Virus record (IMG/VR): IMGVR_UViG_3300020204_000065
Location: 470-64,469 of that record
DNA: 64,000 bases
From: a virus
Lineage: Duplodnaviria; Caudoviricetes
Reading direction: 5' to 3' (one strand)
The translations under genes and the position numbers were made by a program. Below, piece after piece: positions 27,153-36,893 of this stretch. Position 1 is the first letter of the stretch, and every line of letters starts with the position of its first letter. Under the pieces are notes generated by a model that was not told the DNA's origin, made no database searches, and saw only the letters and a list, made by a program, of their open reading frames with translations.

Positions 27153-27779
27153 ATGTCTTACACCAGCGAACAACTTAAAGAAATTGCGAGGCAGAAAGCC
27201 CGCACTTATGGTGTAAATGAAGACATCTTTCTGCGTCTTGTAGGAGCAGAGTCTGGCTGGAATCCACGTGCCAAAAGCGGTGCTGGTGCCATGGGTCTTG
27301 TTCAGCTCATGCCTGGTACTGCACAAGGACTTGGTGTTTCGGATCCTTATGATCCTGTCCAAAGTCTGACGGGTGGTGCCCGTTATTTGAGCCAACAACT
27401 CAAGCGTTTTGGTTCTTATGACAAAGCTTTGGCCGCATACAATGCTGGTCCTGGCAATGTTGAACGATATGGTGGAATCCCGCCATTTAAGGAAACACAG
27501 AATTATGTGAAAAAAATCCTTGGTGGTGTTGATGTTGCAGCCAAACCAAAACCACAGACACAAGAACCACCCGCCTCTGGATCACAAGTACAAGATTTCT
27601 TGAAGGGTTTTCTCCTTCAAAATTTCTTACTTAATGATCAAAACGTTGCACCTTCCATTGGCGAGCAGTTACTCAAGACTGCATTCCAACGCCCAATGAC
27701 TGGAGTTGAAACGGATATCTCAACGGCGTCCTTATTTACACCAAGGACACCATTCTTGGAATCCCTCACTCAGTTCTAG
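27153..27779 (+). CDS. lytic transglycosylase (SLT domain)
   Basis: [37 protein letters not shown]. Confidence 0.95.
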   Translation: MSYTSEQLKEIARQKARTYGVNEDIFLRLVGAESGWNPRAKSGAGAMGLVQLMPGTAQGLGVSDPYDPVQSLTGGARYLSQQLKRFGSYDKALAAYNAGPGNVERYGGIPPFKETQNYVKKILGGVDVAAKPKPQTQEPPASGSQVQDFLKGFLLQNFLLNDQNVAPSIGEQLLKTAFQRPMTGVETDISTASLFTPRTPFLESLTQF

Positions 27780-27847
27780 TAGATTGCAACAGACTTGTTT
27801 GCATTAGAATGCAAGCATATAATTGATTCGATAGAGAGTAAGCGTAC

Positions 27848-28627
27848 ATGTCCTCGACTTCCTCGAACAAACAACCACTGTTTATTGATCGTCCGTTGTT
27901 TGATACGGTGCGTGTCACTACTCAGACTGTTGGCAGTCAAGCCAGTAATACGGTGTTTGTCCAGGGTGGACAGGCACCTTCTATTCTGGTGGACATGGAC
28001 GCTGCTTTCAGCGAAGACAATAACAATGGTGGTGTCGTTGATTCCATTACGATCACACGCGATGATCGCTATCGGGATGCCGATTACACTGTCAACGCAA
28101 GCACCTCTGGCACCGTTGTTTCTTTGAGGAGCGGTCAGGTCGTCTACGTTGCCTCCACAGCCGTTCTTACCAATGGTACCGCCAGTGGTGTTGGTTATTA
28201 TACTTACACCGGCTCTGGCACCTTAACGGGCGTCAATACGGCCCTTAACTACTCAGGCGCAACGGCAAGCGGTTTCCAGTACCAAGGCGTTGCTTATGGT
28301 TATCAACCTGCTGTAACTTTTGTTTTCTATCAGACTCGTAACACCACCACTCCAATTCCGGCAAGTGGTGATTATCGTATTTTGTTCGCAAGAACAGTCC
28401 CTGCTAACAGTGGTGTAGTTGACTGTTCGGACGTGATGCCACAGCTTGCTGTACCCATGCCTTCTGCAGGTAATACCAATGGTTTAGGTGCAGGCTCCCC
28501 GCTACGCAACAAAGGAATCTACCTGGAACGTGGCGACCGTATTTACGTCGGCGTTTTTGCAGAAGGTCCAAATATTTCTGGATACACCCCAGGTGCACAT
28601 GTCTATGCACAAGGCGGATTCTTCTAA
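27848..28627 (+). CDS. structural protein (tail/neck candidate)
   Basis: 259 aa, S/T/G/V beta-rich. Confidence 0.65.
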   Translation: MSSTSSNKQPLFIDRPLFDTVRVTTQTVGSQASNTVFVQGGQAPSILVDMDAAFSEDNNNGGVVDSITITRDDRYRDADYTVNASTSGTVVSLRSGQVVYVASTAVLTNGTASGVGYYTYTGSGTLTGVNTALNYSGATASGFQYQGVAYGYQPAVTFVFYQTRNTTTPIPASGDYRILFARTVPANSGVVDCSDVMPQLAVPMPSAGNTNGLGAGSPLRNKGIYLERGDRIYVGVFAEGPNISGYTPGAHVYAQGGFF

Positions 28628-28630
28628 TGT

Positions 28631-30421
28631 ATGGCCCCAAGACAAGGAAATAGTTTTGGTTCTTTCAGCAGTTTCCTTCAAGCAAAGGACACTGATCCTT
28701 TCAAATTAAAACCAATTACAACAGAATTCTCAAAAGGATCTGTACCTGATTCTTTGAGCACTATCAACCGTGAGTCTGCTTGGTCACGATGGCGCCGTGG
28801 TTATGAATTGGCCACGGCTACTTTCTATGACAACGATTTTTCATATCCTTTTGAATATCAGATTCCTACACCGTCTGGAAGCGTAGATCCGAACGTTAAT
28901 CCTTACCCTGTTGTCTCAGGTGTATTTACAGGATTCCCGACAACAAATCGGGATCTTGGCATGCATTGGGCCGTATGGCGTTATGCCGGATCAACAAGAA
29001 CAGATAAATTAACTGACCCGGTTAGCAGTAACACCTTAGCCGTTGCATCTGTTACAGAGGACGCCGAAAATTGGTATGTAACACTCTCTGGCACCTGGAG
29101 CACAGGCAATCCATTACCACCGCCTTTTTATATTCCAGTCCCAGGTCAAACCGAAGGACTGAAACCAATGAATACGGAGATCTTTGAAGATCGTATCATT
29201 ACAGCCAATGGTCCTTTAATTACAGCCGACAGCATTGATCCCAATACTCAACGTCGCTACGGCTACGCCCAGGCTGTGCTTGTAGACACAGATCCGTTCA
29301 ACGGAATTTTGACATTTAGAAAAGACGGATCCGTTCAAATTACATTTGACAAGGAGTATCGAACGCCGTCTTCCTTTGGCTTCCAAGTTGGTAGGTTCTT
29401 AAATACAGGCGCAAGATTTTCTTGCTCTTGCCAAGATTTTACGCATAGAGATTATCGGTATCTTCACAACATAAGTGAACGATCTTATAAAAAAGCTTAC
29501 CCAAGGTCTAGTATTGCTTCGATTAAACCTGGCCGTTTTGAGCAAACGAGTACGGTCGTTTTATCGACCCCTGTTTTATTTGACGCAATAACAGCAAATG
29601 GATCAACGATCACTGTTGCTACCACAGTGCCGCCGCCTGTGAACAGTTTTATTTCTGTACAGGGAACAGCTGGCGCAGTTGCTGATGGCTTCTATGAAAT
29701 CACGGAGGTAAATCCGCGCGTTAGTTTTAAGTATGTCATCAATGGAAATGCAGGCGTTGGAAGCATTCTCAATGCAGGCGTCACGAAAATATTTGAAGCA
29801 AGTGCGCGGGTTCTCAATACGGCTATGGTGCCAGCCACGCAAAGTAATACCTTAAACGTGTATGCGCCCCCTGGGTATACACCTGAGCTGGGTGCGTCGA
29901 CCAATAATATCACTAAACAAAATTCAAACAGGGACAACCCAGGTGTCTACCGAGAGTTTGGTGCAACGTATTTGCGAAGCACTTCAAACCCTGGCATCAA
30001 AGGCTCTACTGCGGAGGGTATCCCTGGATACAACGACTACTCTTCATCTCAAAATGTCATTACGTCATTGACTGACAACTGGACGCCACTTTTAGATGAA
30101 ATGCGTTATTGCAAACATATTTATGCGTTGCGTTTTAGGGACGGTGTATTTCCACCAGAGCCATCTGATTTTCCTGTACAGATTGGTTCAATGACTGCGT
30201 GGGAGCAACAACTTGTAGAAAGAACAGAAGCAGAACAACAAGAACTAAGAGCTGCACGAATGACACGCAAATCTTTATCGTTGATGGACGTGCCTCCTTA
30301 CAATTGTCAGTCTCCGAACATGCTGCCGTTCCTGCAGAAGTTGTTTAATGTGCCCGCGTCTTATATCACAGTGGAGAACTTTACAATGTTCGATAAGGAC
30401 GGTAACCCTTATAAACCGTAA
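28631..30421 (+). CDS. structural protein with split SWIM-type Zn-finger motif
   Basis: FSCSCQDF ... YCKHIYAL. Confidence 0.65.
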   Translation: MAPRQGNSFGSFSSFLQAKDTDPFKLKPITTEFSKGSVPDSLSTINRESAWSRWRRGYELATATFYDNDFSYPFEYQIPTPSGSVDPNVNPYPVVSGVFTGFPTTNRDLGMHWAVWRYAGSTRTDKLTDPVSSNTLAVASVTEDAENWYVTLSGTWSTGNPLPPPFYIPVPGQTEGLKPMNTEIFEDRIITANGPLITADSIDPNTQRRYGYAQAVLVDTDPFNGILTFRKDGSVQITFDKEYRTPSSFGFQVGRFLNTGARFSCSCQDFTHRDYRYLHNISERSYKKAYPRSSIASIKPGRFEQTSTVVLSTPVLFDAITANGSTITVATTVPPPVNSFISVQGTAGAVADGFYEITEVNPRVSFKYVINGNAGVGSILNAGVTKIFEASARVLNTAMVPATQSNTLNVYAPPGYTPELGASTNNITKQNSNRDNPGVYREFGATYLRSTSNPGIKGSTAEGIPGYNDYSSSQNVITSLTDNWTPLLDEMRYCKHIYALRFRDGVFPPEPSDFPVQIGSMTAWEQQLVERTEAEQQELRAARMTRKSLSLMDVPPYNCQSPNMLPFLQKLFNVPASYITVENFTMFDKDGNPYKP

Positions 30422-30541
30422 TATTTATTTGCAATAAGGTATACTTATCTTAAGTCTCACGAGACTTGTTAGGAATTCCTTAAGAAGCGGCGACCAGTGA
30501 TCTACGATTCCTAGGTTCTGGGGACGCAGCTCATTTCAACC

Positions 30542-30964
30542 ATGACTCAGACCATCCCTGTAGACCAGAGGATCGTTGATGCGTACTTTCAACTGAAGAG
30601 CCAACGCGGCAACAAAGGTGCTGCTTGGCTTTTTGGCATGATCGCAACCTACGGCATTAAACCAGAAGAACTAACATCTTTTGATTGGGGGCCAGGAGCT
30701 TCCCTGGTACTACATAATAAAAAACGTCCGATCAACCCATTGCATCCACAGTGGGTTGTTTTGTTTGATTTAAATAAAAAACGGCCCTGCGACATGCAAG
30801 ACCGTTTAGATTCCCTTGTCCCTCAGCTGTATCGTCTAATGGCTCACCAAGCCATTGATGTTAATGTTACGGATTTGCTCTTGGCATACAGCATACGCAA
30901 GAACCATTACAAATCCATCAGGAAGCGGCAGCCATCTTCTCCTGTTTACGCAGGTGTTTCCTAA
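30542..30964 (+). CDS. truncated, catalytically degenerate tyrosine-recombinase-like protein
   Basis: WLFGMIATYGIKPEE, PLHPQWV, DLLLAYSIR echo cyanobacterial integrase motifs. Confidence 0.6.
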   Translation: MTQTIPVDQRIVDAYFQLKSQRGNKGAAWLFGMIATYGIKPEELTSFDWGPGASLVLHNKKRPINPLHPQWVVLFDLNKKRPCDMQDRLDSLVPQLYRLMAHQAIDVNVTDLLLAYSIRKNHYKSIRKRQPSSPVYAGVS

Positions 30965-31136
30965 CGGCTTCCACATTCCAGCGATAGCTATCCCTGGAGC
31001 GAGTCTCAGGGAAAGCAGCAAAATGCGGACCGAGCTTTAGAGTGCCGTCATCACGCATACGGAAGAGTTCCTTGCGATCCATTCCAAGGAGTTCTTCCGC
31101 CCGTGCGACGGAAACCCAACCTGTGCTTTGAGCCAT
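30918..31136 (-). CDS. excisionase/MerR-like HTH protein
   Basis: WVSVARAEELLGMDRKELFRMRDDGTLKLGPHF...YRWNV. Confidence 0.7.
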   Translation of the reverse strand: MAQSTGWVSVARAEELLGMDRKELFRMRDDGTLKLGPHFAAFPETRSRDSYRWNVEAVRKHLRKQEKMAAAS

Positions 31137-31275
31137 GACTTGGCGTCAGGGTGTATAACTCTCGTACGGTAACGGGAGGAATCCCTGGGTCAAGGGGATT
31201 CATACTTTTTTAAGGCTGGTGTGAACTTGTGTAAAGCTTAAGGAAATTAGAATGAGTTAACGGCAACTAAAGAGT

Positions 31276-31701
31276 ATGTACTACAGCGAGCATGAGCCGA
31301 TTGCTTTACTCGTTGAAGTCACTCCAAAATTAGCGAAGAAACGTTTTCGAGATGAAATCTATAAATCCTGGAACCACCAATGCGCCTATTGTGGTGACAA
31401 TGCGACGAGTTTAGATCACGTCATACCAAGGCATAAGTCTGGGGAAACAACACGCAAGAACCTAGTGCCAGCATGCCGTCGTTGTAATGCATCCAAGGCT
31501 TCTTACAAGCTCCATGAATGGTACATGGAGCAAGACTTCTTCTCCAAGGCTAGGTTAAATAGAATTGAAAGATGGATTGACCAAGATCCCTTCCAGATGC
31601 TGAATTGGGAAAAAGAGTCTGATCATTCTTTAGTACATTTTCACTATGTCGGACAAACCAAGGAAGGCGGTTGCAGCAGCCAAGCGTTATCAGAAGGATA
31701 A
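31276..31701 (+). CDS. HNH endonuclease (McrA/HNH_5 type)
   Basis: CAYCG...LDHVIPRHKSG...NLVPACRRCNASK. Confidence 0.9.
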   Translation: MYYSEHEPIALLVEVTPKLAKKRFRDEIYKSWNHQCAYCGDNATSLDHVIPRHKSGETTRKNLVPACRRCNASKASYKLHEWYMEQDFFSKARLNRIERWIDQDPFQMLNWEKESDHSLVHFHYVGQTKEGGCSSQALSEG

Positions 31702-31948
31702 GATGGCTTGCAATAAGCCACAACGCACTCCTGGTCATAAAACCAAAAGTCATATTGTCAAAGCTTGTAAAGGTGGAGAAGAGAAGATCATCCGCTTTGG
31801 CCAACAGGGTGTAAAGGGTGCGGGCAAGAATCCGCAAACGGCAAAAGACAAGGCACGCAAGAAGTCTTATTACGCCCGTCATAACGCACAGGATTCCAAT
31901 CCAGACAAGATGTCAGCTCGGTACTGGTCCCATAAAGTGAAGTGGTAA
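31646..31948 (+). CDS. small basic protein
   Basis: KIIRFGQQG...SYYARH...SARYWS. Confidence 0.75.
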   Translation: MSDKPRKAVAAAKRYQKDKMACNKPQRTPGHKTKSHIVKACKGGEEKIIRFGQQGVKGAGKNPQTAKDKARKKSYYARHNAQDSNPDKMSARYWSHKVKW

Positions 31949-31993
31949 TTCCAGGTTTTCTCGCTAAGCTGCGTAGGCCAACCTCAGTTCACC

Positions 31994-32119
31994 ATGGCAA
32001 AACCCAAATCATCTGGCGCCATCAAGATTGAATCCAAGCCAAAAAAGACACGCCAAGGCCAAGGATTACACTCCTTGCCTAATCATGGACGCAAGAAAAC
32101 TCGCGGCCAAGGCAAATAA
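31994..32119 (+). CDS. 41-aa basic protein (not in track)
   Basis: MAKPKSSGAIKIESKPKKTRQGQG...RGQGK. Confidence 0.7.
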   Translation: MAKPKSSGAIKIESKPKKTRQGQGLHSLPNHGRKKTRGQGK

Positions 32120-32154
32120 TTTGTGTATGATTGGGGGTAACTTAGTTACCCCTT

Positions 32155-32826
32155 ATGTCTGATTTTTCTGCGGCTATTGAGTTAATCAGAAAATACGAAG
32201 GGTATAACGAGAAGGCATACCCTGATCCAGCAACTGGTGGTGAGCCGTACACCATTGGTTATGGCACTCAGTATTACCCGGACGGATCTCCAGTCAGGCG
32301 CGGTCACCTCTGCACGAAACGCAAAGCTCTGGAGTACCTGTACCATGAGTTAGAAGTTCTGGATACGGAACTCAAAAGATTGAACCTTGGCCTGGATGAA
32401 TCGATGCACCAGGCTCTATTGTCATTTATTCATTCGGTTGGCTGGAATTCCTTCTTATACAGCAACATCATTGATTGTCTGGAACAAGAAGATTGGCGTG
32501 GTGCCAGCCAGGAGATTCCAAAGTGGGTCTTTGATCAAGACCACAAGATGGTGGGTTCTCTCCTCCACAGACGCCAGGAGGAGGTTAGCCTGTTCCTGCG
32601 GGAAGCTAACGACTGCGCCTGGCTCTCCACTGAGATTTTATTGACGGCATTCCGTAATTACACTGCTGCCGCTCACCAAGTGAGGGCCATTCGTCGCCTA
32701 GAGGAAGGCATCAATCCCTATACTTTGTCAGAGTTTGCTAACGAATTCAAGATTGACGAAGATCCATGGGATGTACCCTTTGATTCTTCTGATGAATTTG
32801 ATCTAACTGGCGTCTGTGACATTTAG
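32155..32826 (+). CDS. phage lysozyme (GH24)
   Basis: YEGYNEKAYPDP...TIGYG; LLHRRQEE. Confidence 0.9.
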   Translation: MSDFSAAIELIRKYEGYNEKAYPDPATGGEPYTIGYGTQYYPDGSPVRRGHLCTKRKALEYLYHELEVLDTELKRLNLGLDESMHQALLSFIHSVGWNSFLYSNIIDCLEQEDWRGASQEIPKWVFDQDHKMVGSLLHRRQEEVSLFLREANDCAWLSTEILLTAFRNYTAAAHQVRAIRRLEEGINPYTLSEFANEFKIDEDPWDVPFDSSDEFDLTGVCDI

Positions 32827-32850
32827 CTTTAAAATGATTTTAATTGAAGC

Positions 32851-33150
32851 ATGCAGCTAGGAATGGAAGGATCTATCGAGCCTCGTCAGTTTGAGCTTCC
32901 TCTGGAGCTTCAATTCTCCATGCGTAAGGCTGAACTCCAGGCCCAAGAGATGACCTGGGATCAGTTATATGGTGCACTCTTAAACCTATACCATCAACGG
33001 TTGATGGAATGGTATGCCGTTAAATCATTAATGGCCGATGAGAACATCGACTTGGAGTTCGACATTCCCACCGACCTTGAATTAGCCGAACTCGCCGCCG
33101 CATGCATTTACGACGACGAGGATGATGACGAAGAGCTTCAGCCGTTCTGA
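32851..33150 (+). CDS. nblA: NblA-like phycobilisome degradation adaptor with acidic tail
   Basis: LPLELQFSMR...MTWDQLYGALLNLYHQ matches the NblA pattern LxLEQxF...MSxEQ...LxxLxxQ. Confidence 0.6.
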   Translation: MQLGMEGSIEPRQFELPLELQFSMRKAELQAQEMTWDQLYGALLNLYHQRLMEWYAVKSLMADENIDLEFDIPTDLELAELAAACIYDDEDDDEELQPF

Positions 33151-33464
33151 GCTTCATCCAGTTGGATAAGGCGATCTAAGTACCACTGCGCTTTTTTCAG
33201 CGACTCGGTACCGCCCTTGTGACGTTCACGCCAAATGTATTTGATGCAGTTCGCCTTGCAGTAGCCACGGAATTCCTCGTTGGTTAATGCGGCCTCAATG
33301 GCTTCGATGGTCTCGATAGCGCCGTCAGTGTAATGAGACGGATGGTTGACCACATCCTCCTGGATTACAGGCGCTTCTTCCTTGACGGCCCAAGGCACCG
33401 GGCACACGCCATCTTTGCATTCCGTGGAGTTACCACCCAAAATTTGAATGGTATCGTCCGCCAT
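33138..33464 (-). CDS. DUF3310 (SaV/T7 gp1.7-like) protein
   Basis: VNHPSHY...IKYIWRERHKGGTESLKKAQWYL; start at TGATG junction. Confidence 0.85.
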   Translation of the reverse strand: MADDTIQILGGNSTECKDGVCPVPWAVKEEAPVIQEDVVNHPSHYTDGAIETIEAIEAALTNEEFRGYCKANCIKYIWRERHKGGTESLKKAQWYLDRLIQLDEAQNG

Positions 33465-33820
33465 CACCGGCTCAAACCACGTCTTTTCTGGGAAAGTAAT
33501 AACTCCATTTCCGGCGCTGAACCCAGATCCATCACTAAGTTCTTCGGACGTGGAGAGGAAGTTGGGTACAGCTCCACCGCTTCCTCCATCGACGGAATAT
33601 AACCCGTCATTCCAGGCCGTGCCCCCTCGAGTTCCAGACTCTGCCTGGGTATTCCTTCCTCGCATAGTGTCAGTCCGCGATTGTACTGATCATATAATGG
33701 CACATCATTTTCTTCATTGTCGAGATCAGTGCCAAATGTTGCCTGATTCAAACAACGACAGATGACCTCATCAATGATATTTTGACCAAGGCCGTCGCGG
33801 TAATCTGCGGGGTTATGCAT
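33464..33820 (-). CDS. hypothetical protein
   Basis: 118 aa, coupled to the DUF3310 gene. Confidence 0.65.
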   Translation of the reverse strand: MHNPADYRDGLGQNIIDEVICRCLNQATFGTDLDNEENDVPLYDQYNRGLTLCEEGIPRQSLELEGARPGMTGYIPSMEEAVELYPTSSPRPKNLVMDLGSAPEMELLLSQKRRGLSR

Positions 33821-33861
33821 TTGAATATCTTGGCCTAAATTGCCTCGATTACAATATTATC

Positions 33862-34323
33862 ATGGCAAGATTTTATAACCCACGTCAAGAAAATATCGAT
33901 CAACCGGTGGATACACCCGTTGGTTACAGAGGACGTGTTCAGTACGATCCACGCCAAGACTCTGGTTCCTCTGGCGGTGAAGTTACCGACCTTACGCCAG
34001 AGCGTCAATATGACGTTGATCTTCGGCGTCTTGGTCAAGACAATGCCGTAACTGCAGCAGCTGCTGATACAGAGAACTCGATCCAACAAAATCGTGTCGA
34101 ACGCTTCTTGAGTGCATCGCGTATTGCCAATAAGTACAAGCAACAAGCCGATATTCAGTATCCAAATACCGGCAGTTCTCCAAGGAGGGAACCTGTTTCC
34201 AGGCAAGGCGTTACATTGCCGACACTTGGCGAAGTCCCTGGAGCACGAGGAAGTATCAACTACCCCAACAAACCTCAACCAAGGTCGGGCAAGCCTTACA
34301 ACTGGCGTGATTCCTTCGCTTAA
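33862..34323 (+). CDS. hypothetical protein
   Basis: 153 aa, TACAAT upstream. Confidence 0.65.
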   Translation: MARFYNPRQENIDQPVDTPVGYRGRVQYDPRQDSGSSGGEVTDLTPERQYDVDLRRLGQDNAVTAAAADTENSIQQNRVERFLSASRIANKYKQQADIQYPNTGSSPRREPVSRQGVTLPTLGEVPGARGSINYPNKPQPRSGKPYNWRDSFA

Positions 34324-34911
34324 TCAGACCTTACTAAAGACCACTTCTGGGGCCTGGTTCTGATATTTACCCTTGCGGTCTTGGTAGCTGACTTCACATG
34401 GGTTGCCGCGATAAAAGAGGAGCTGGGTTACGCCCTCATCGGCGTAGATACGATTGAAAAGTCCGGTGCAGTTGCTGATTTCCAGGGTGAGATAACCTTC
34501 CCAGCCACTTTCTGCTGGTGTGATATTCACCAGGATGCCAGAGCGGGCATAGGTTGATTTGCCAACTGCGACGACGGTCACATCACGAGGAAGTTTCAGG
34601 CGCTCCCGTGCCACGCCAAGGCAGTAGCCGTAAGGAGGAAGCAGGAAATACTTGCCCTTCTCGTCTTCCAAAAGTTCAGCTTTGTTTAAGATTTCAGGTT
34701 TGAAATCCTTTGGATCACACTCACCTTCGGAGATTCGTCCAAAGACCAAGCATTGCTCTGGCGATAGGCGGATATCGTAACCGTAAGAGCTAAGGCCATA
34801 GCTTAAAATACGACGACCGTTTTCTTTACTGACGAGACGATCCTGGAACGGAACAATCATCTCCTCTTCTTCCGCAAGACGACGGATTTCCTTATCGCAA
34901 AGAACGCTCAT
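34324..34911 (-). CDS. dcd: dCTP deaminase
   Basis: SYGLSSYGYD, GKSTYARSG, SYQDRKGKYQNQ. Confidence 0.95.
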   Translation of the reverse strand: MSVLCDKEIRRLAEEEEMIVPFQDRLVSKENGRRILSYGLSSYGYDIRLSPEQCLVFGRISEGECDPKDFKPEILNKAELLEDEKGKYFLLPPYGYCLGVARERLKLPRDVTVVAVGKSTYARSGILVNITPAESGWEGYLTLEISNCTGLFNRIYADEGVTQLLFYRGNPCEVSYQDRKGKYQNQAPEVVFSKV

Positions 34912-34943
34912 AGACCCATTTAAGCTTTTTCAATATAGGTCAT

Positions 34944-35531
34944 TCAGCAAAGAATGCGCCCTTTGTCTGAGTAAATGTCAATGAATCGCTGGGTTGCTTC
35001 TCCTACGTCGTGCTTTGGTTGCAAATAAACCAAAAACGAAGTACATGTGTTATGTCTCTTGACCCCCTCATTAGTGCGTGCAAACAATGTTGGCACTGCC
35101 TTTAGGATGCAAACAGGGAAATCAAAGAGGCGTTGTTCGTAACGAAACATGTCAGGGCAATTGGAAAAGTACAACCCTTCTTCGATTTCGTTATGGAACC
35201 AGGCTTTAAATAAACGCCTAAACCACACAGCATGGGACGATGTCAAGGTAGGGGAACAGGCCCTTGTCATCTTCCAGCGTTCATTCTTTTTATCGAGGTA
35301 GTAGGTACCGCTGGGCGGAAACAAATAAACCTTGCCGAACCACTCTTGATCATTCAGCCCATCATCACTGGGAGTGAAGTAGTTTTTGGCATGGACGTAT
35401 TCATTGGCAAAGTCTGAACTGGCTACATCCAGATCGATGTGACCCATCAGTTCATGCGCTGCTGCTGCCAGATCTGCGTTGGTAATCAACTCAAGATCTT
35501 CACGGCGCATGCCGCTTTTAGTGATTGCCAT
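34944..35531 (-). CDS. phage N6-adenine methyltransferase-like protein with altered motif IV
   Basis: IDLDVASS, DDGL..EWFGKVYLFPPS (NPPY expected). Confidence 0.7.
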   Translation of the reverse strand: MAITKSGMRREDLELITNADLAAAAHELMGHIDLDVASSDFANEYVHAKNYFTPSDDGLNDQEWFGKVYLFPPSGTYYLDKKNERWKMTRACSPTLTSSHAVWFRRLFKAWFHNEIEEGLYFSNCPDMFRYEQRLFDFPVCILKAVPTLFARTNEGVKRHNTCTSFLVYLQPKHDVGEATQRFIDIYSDKGRILC

Positions 35532-35917
35532 TACTGATTGGTTGCCTTGTTGTAATCAATCTCGAAATAACGGATGCCTTCTTGATCGTTGATGACGTAA
35601 CCCGCCTTTTCGGTTGGGTCAATCTTCTGTGCTGCCGAGAGAATGCGTCGGAACGTTTCCGCCATATCACCATCATTAGCTCGTTCGCACTCTTCTTGTG
35701 CGGAGTGAATTTCCTTGAGTGTCCAGAAGAACATCGAACGTTCTTTGTTATCAGGTTGGAAGACCATCACACCTGGCCCCTCCACTTCCCACATCTTGCA
35801 ATACTGCTGACCCATGTCCCCAAGGATGACGCGCACTGTTGCGTCCAGCATTCTCACCTTGGTCTCGTCCAGGTCAGGACCGATGGCTTGGGCAATTAGT
35901 TTTTCACGCCTGTTCAT
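35531..35917 (-). CDS. hypothetical protein
   Basis: 128 aa, TAATG coupling. Confidence 0.7.
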   Translation of the reverse strand: MNRREKLIAQAIGPDLDETKVRMLDATVRVILGDMGQQYCKMWEVEGPGVMVFQPDNKERSMFFWTLKEIHSAQEECERANDGDMAETFRRILSAAQKIDPTEKAGYVINDQEGIRYFEIDYNKATNQ

Positions 35918-36392
35918 TTTGTATCAGTCCTTGCTTTTGGAGAACGTCTTGGAGCTTAGGGAGTGGCTGATAAATTACGACTAATTTACCAAGAATGCCG
36001 CGTTTCTTAATTAATTTTCCTTTTTCATCTCGTAGTTTATCAAATTCGCCAGAGCGAATCAGGTACTCGGCCACGCAACGGAGTCTACGTTTTAAGGCCA
36101 GTTCTGCAGCCGGGAATTTACTGCAGATGGTATCAGGCTTCATGTCACTGAAGGCAACACGCAAACGGTTAGCCAGCGTCATACTGGAATTGACGTCCTC
36201 TTCTTCGTAAGTCTTGATGACTTCCAAGTAACGACGCAGGCATCCATCATCGAAAGAACCTTCGGGTGGCAGAAAATTTTCAACCTGCAGACAAAGAGAT
36301 GTTGGCAAAAGCTCTCTGTGGTTTTCAACGGTTACTTCATCAATGATGAAAGTTTCAAACCGATGCGCCAATGGTATCGTCGTTTTCTGCAT
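35904..36392 (-). CDS. hypothetical protein, possible winged-helix C-terminus
   Basis: 162-aa ORF. Confidence 0.65.
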   Translation of the reverse strand: MQKTTIPLAHRFETFIIDEVTVENHRELLPTSLCLQVENFLPPEGSFDDGCLRRYLEVIKTYEEEDVNSSMTLANRLRVAFSDMKPDTICSKFPAAELALKRRLRCVAEYLIRSGEFDKLRDEKGKLIKKRGILGKLVVIYQPLPKLQDVLQKQGLIQNEQA

Positions 36393-36840
36393 CGGTGTCT
36401 GTTTCTAAGGAAGCAAGGTAGGCGTCAATCGAGTAAGGCTGAGCTTTGTACGCCTTCTCACTATGTTTAAAGGTGTAGTCAGTATTTTTAATTTTCGGAT
36501 TCTTGACAAAGGATCTCACCAGATGGTTCCAGGGCACTCGGATTTTGGTCCTGGTGCCAGGCACTGGATTGACGTTGACGTAATGAATACCCTCAATCCA
36601 ACCTTTGGTCTTATCGCCCCTGCGCCCTAGGGCAATCCAGTTCCTTAAGGTTTGGTCAGAGACCCCAAGGCGCCTGGCACATTCCTCTGTCGAGATGTAC
36701 TCATCGGCATAGGCTTCGGGATTGGTGGTGCTCATCTGACTTGCGCCGTCCTGCAATGCCCAGATGCTGGAGAGGATGTTGCGAATTCCCTTTAATTCGT
36801 ATGCAACATCTTCCAAACCTTTTCTAATTCCGTGGTTCAT
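36355..36840 (-). CDS. MerR/Xis-like HTH protein
   Basis: YISTEECARRLGVSDQTLRNWI...EGIHY; start moved to MNHGIR. Confidence 0.75.
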   Translation of the reverse strand: MNHGIRKGLEDVAYELKGIRNILSSIWALQDGASQMSTTNPEAYADEYISTEECARRLGVSDQTLRNWIALGRRGDKTKGWIEGIHYVNVNPVPGTRTKIRVPWNHLVRSFVKNPKIKNTDYTFKHSEKAYKAQPYSIDAYLASLETDTDAENDDTIGASV

Positions 36841-36893
36841 ACAGCAGATGTTTTGGTTAAATGCTAGGGTATTTGCAACAGAATTGTTAGACC

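Noticed and set aside
27026-27779. Readthrough fusing the signal-like peptide to SLT
   Set aside because: Different frames (127-nt offset), and the SLT has its own AGGAG and ATG
30542-30964. Functional integrase or prophage boundary
   Set aside because: Catalytic residues missing; no host genes or att duplication recognised
33464-33665. N-terminal extension of the DUF3310 ORF
   Set aside because: A TGATG stop/start junction at 33464 gives a simpler model
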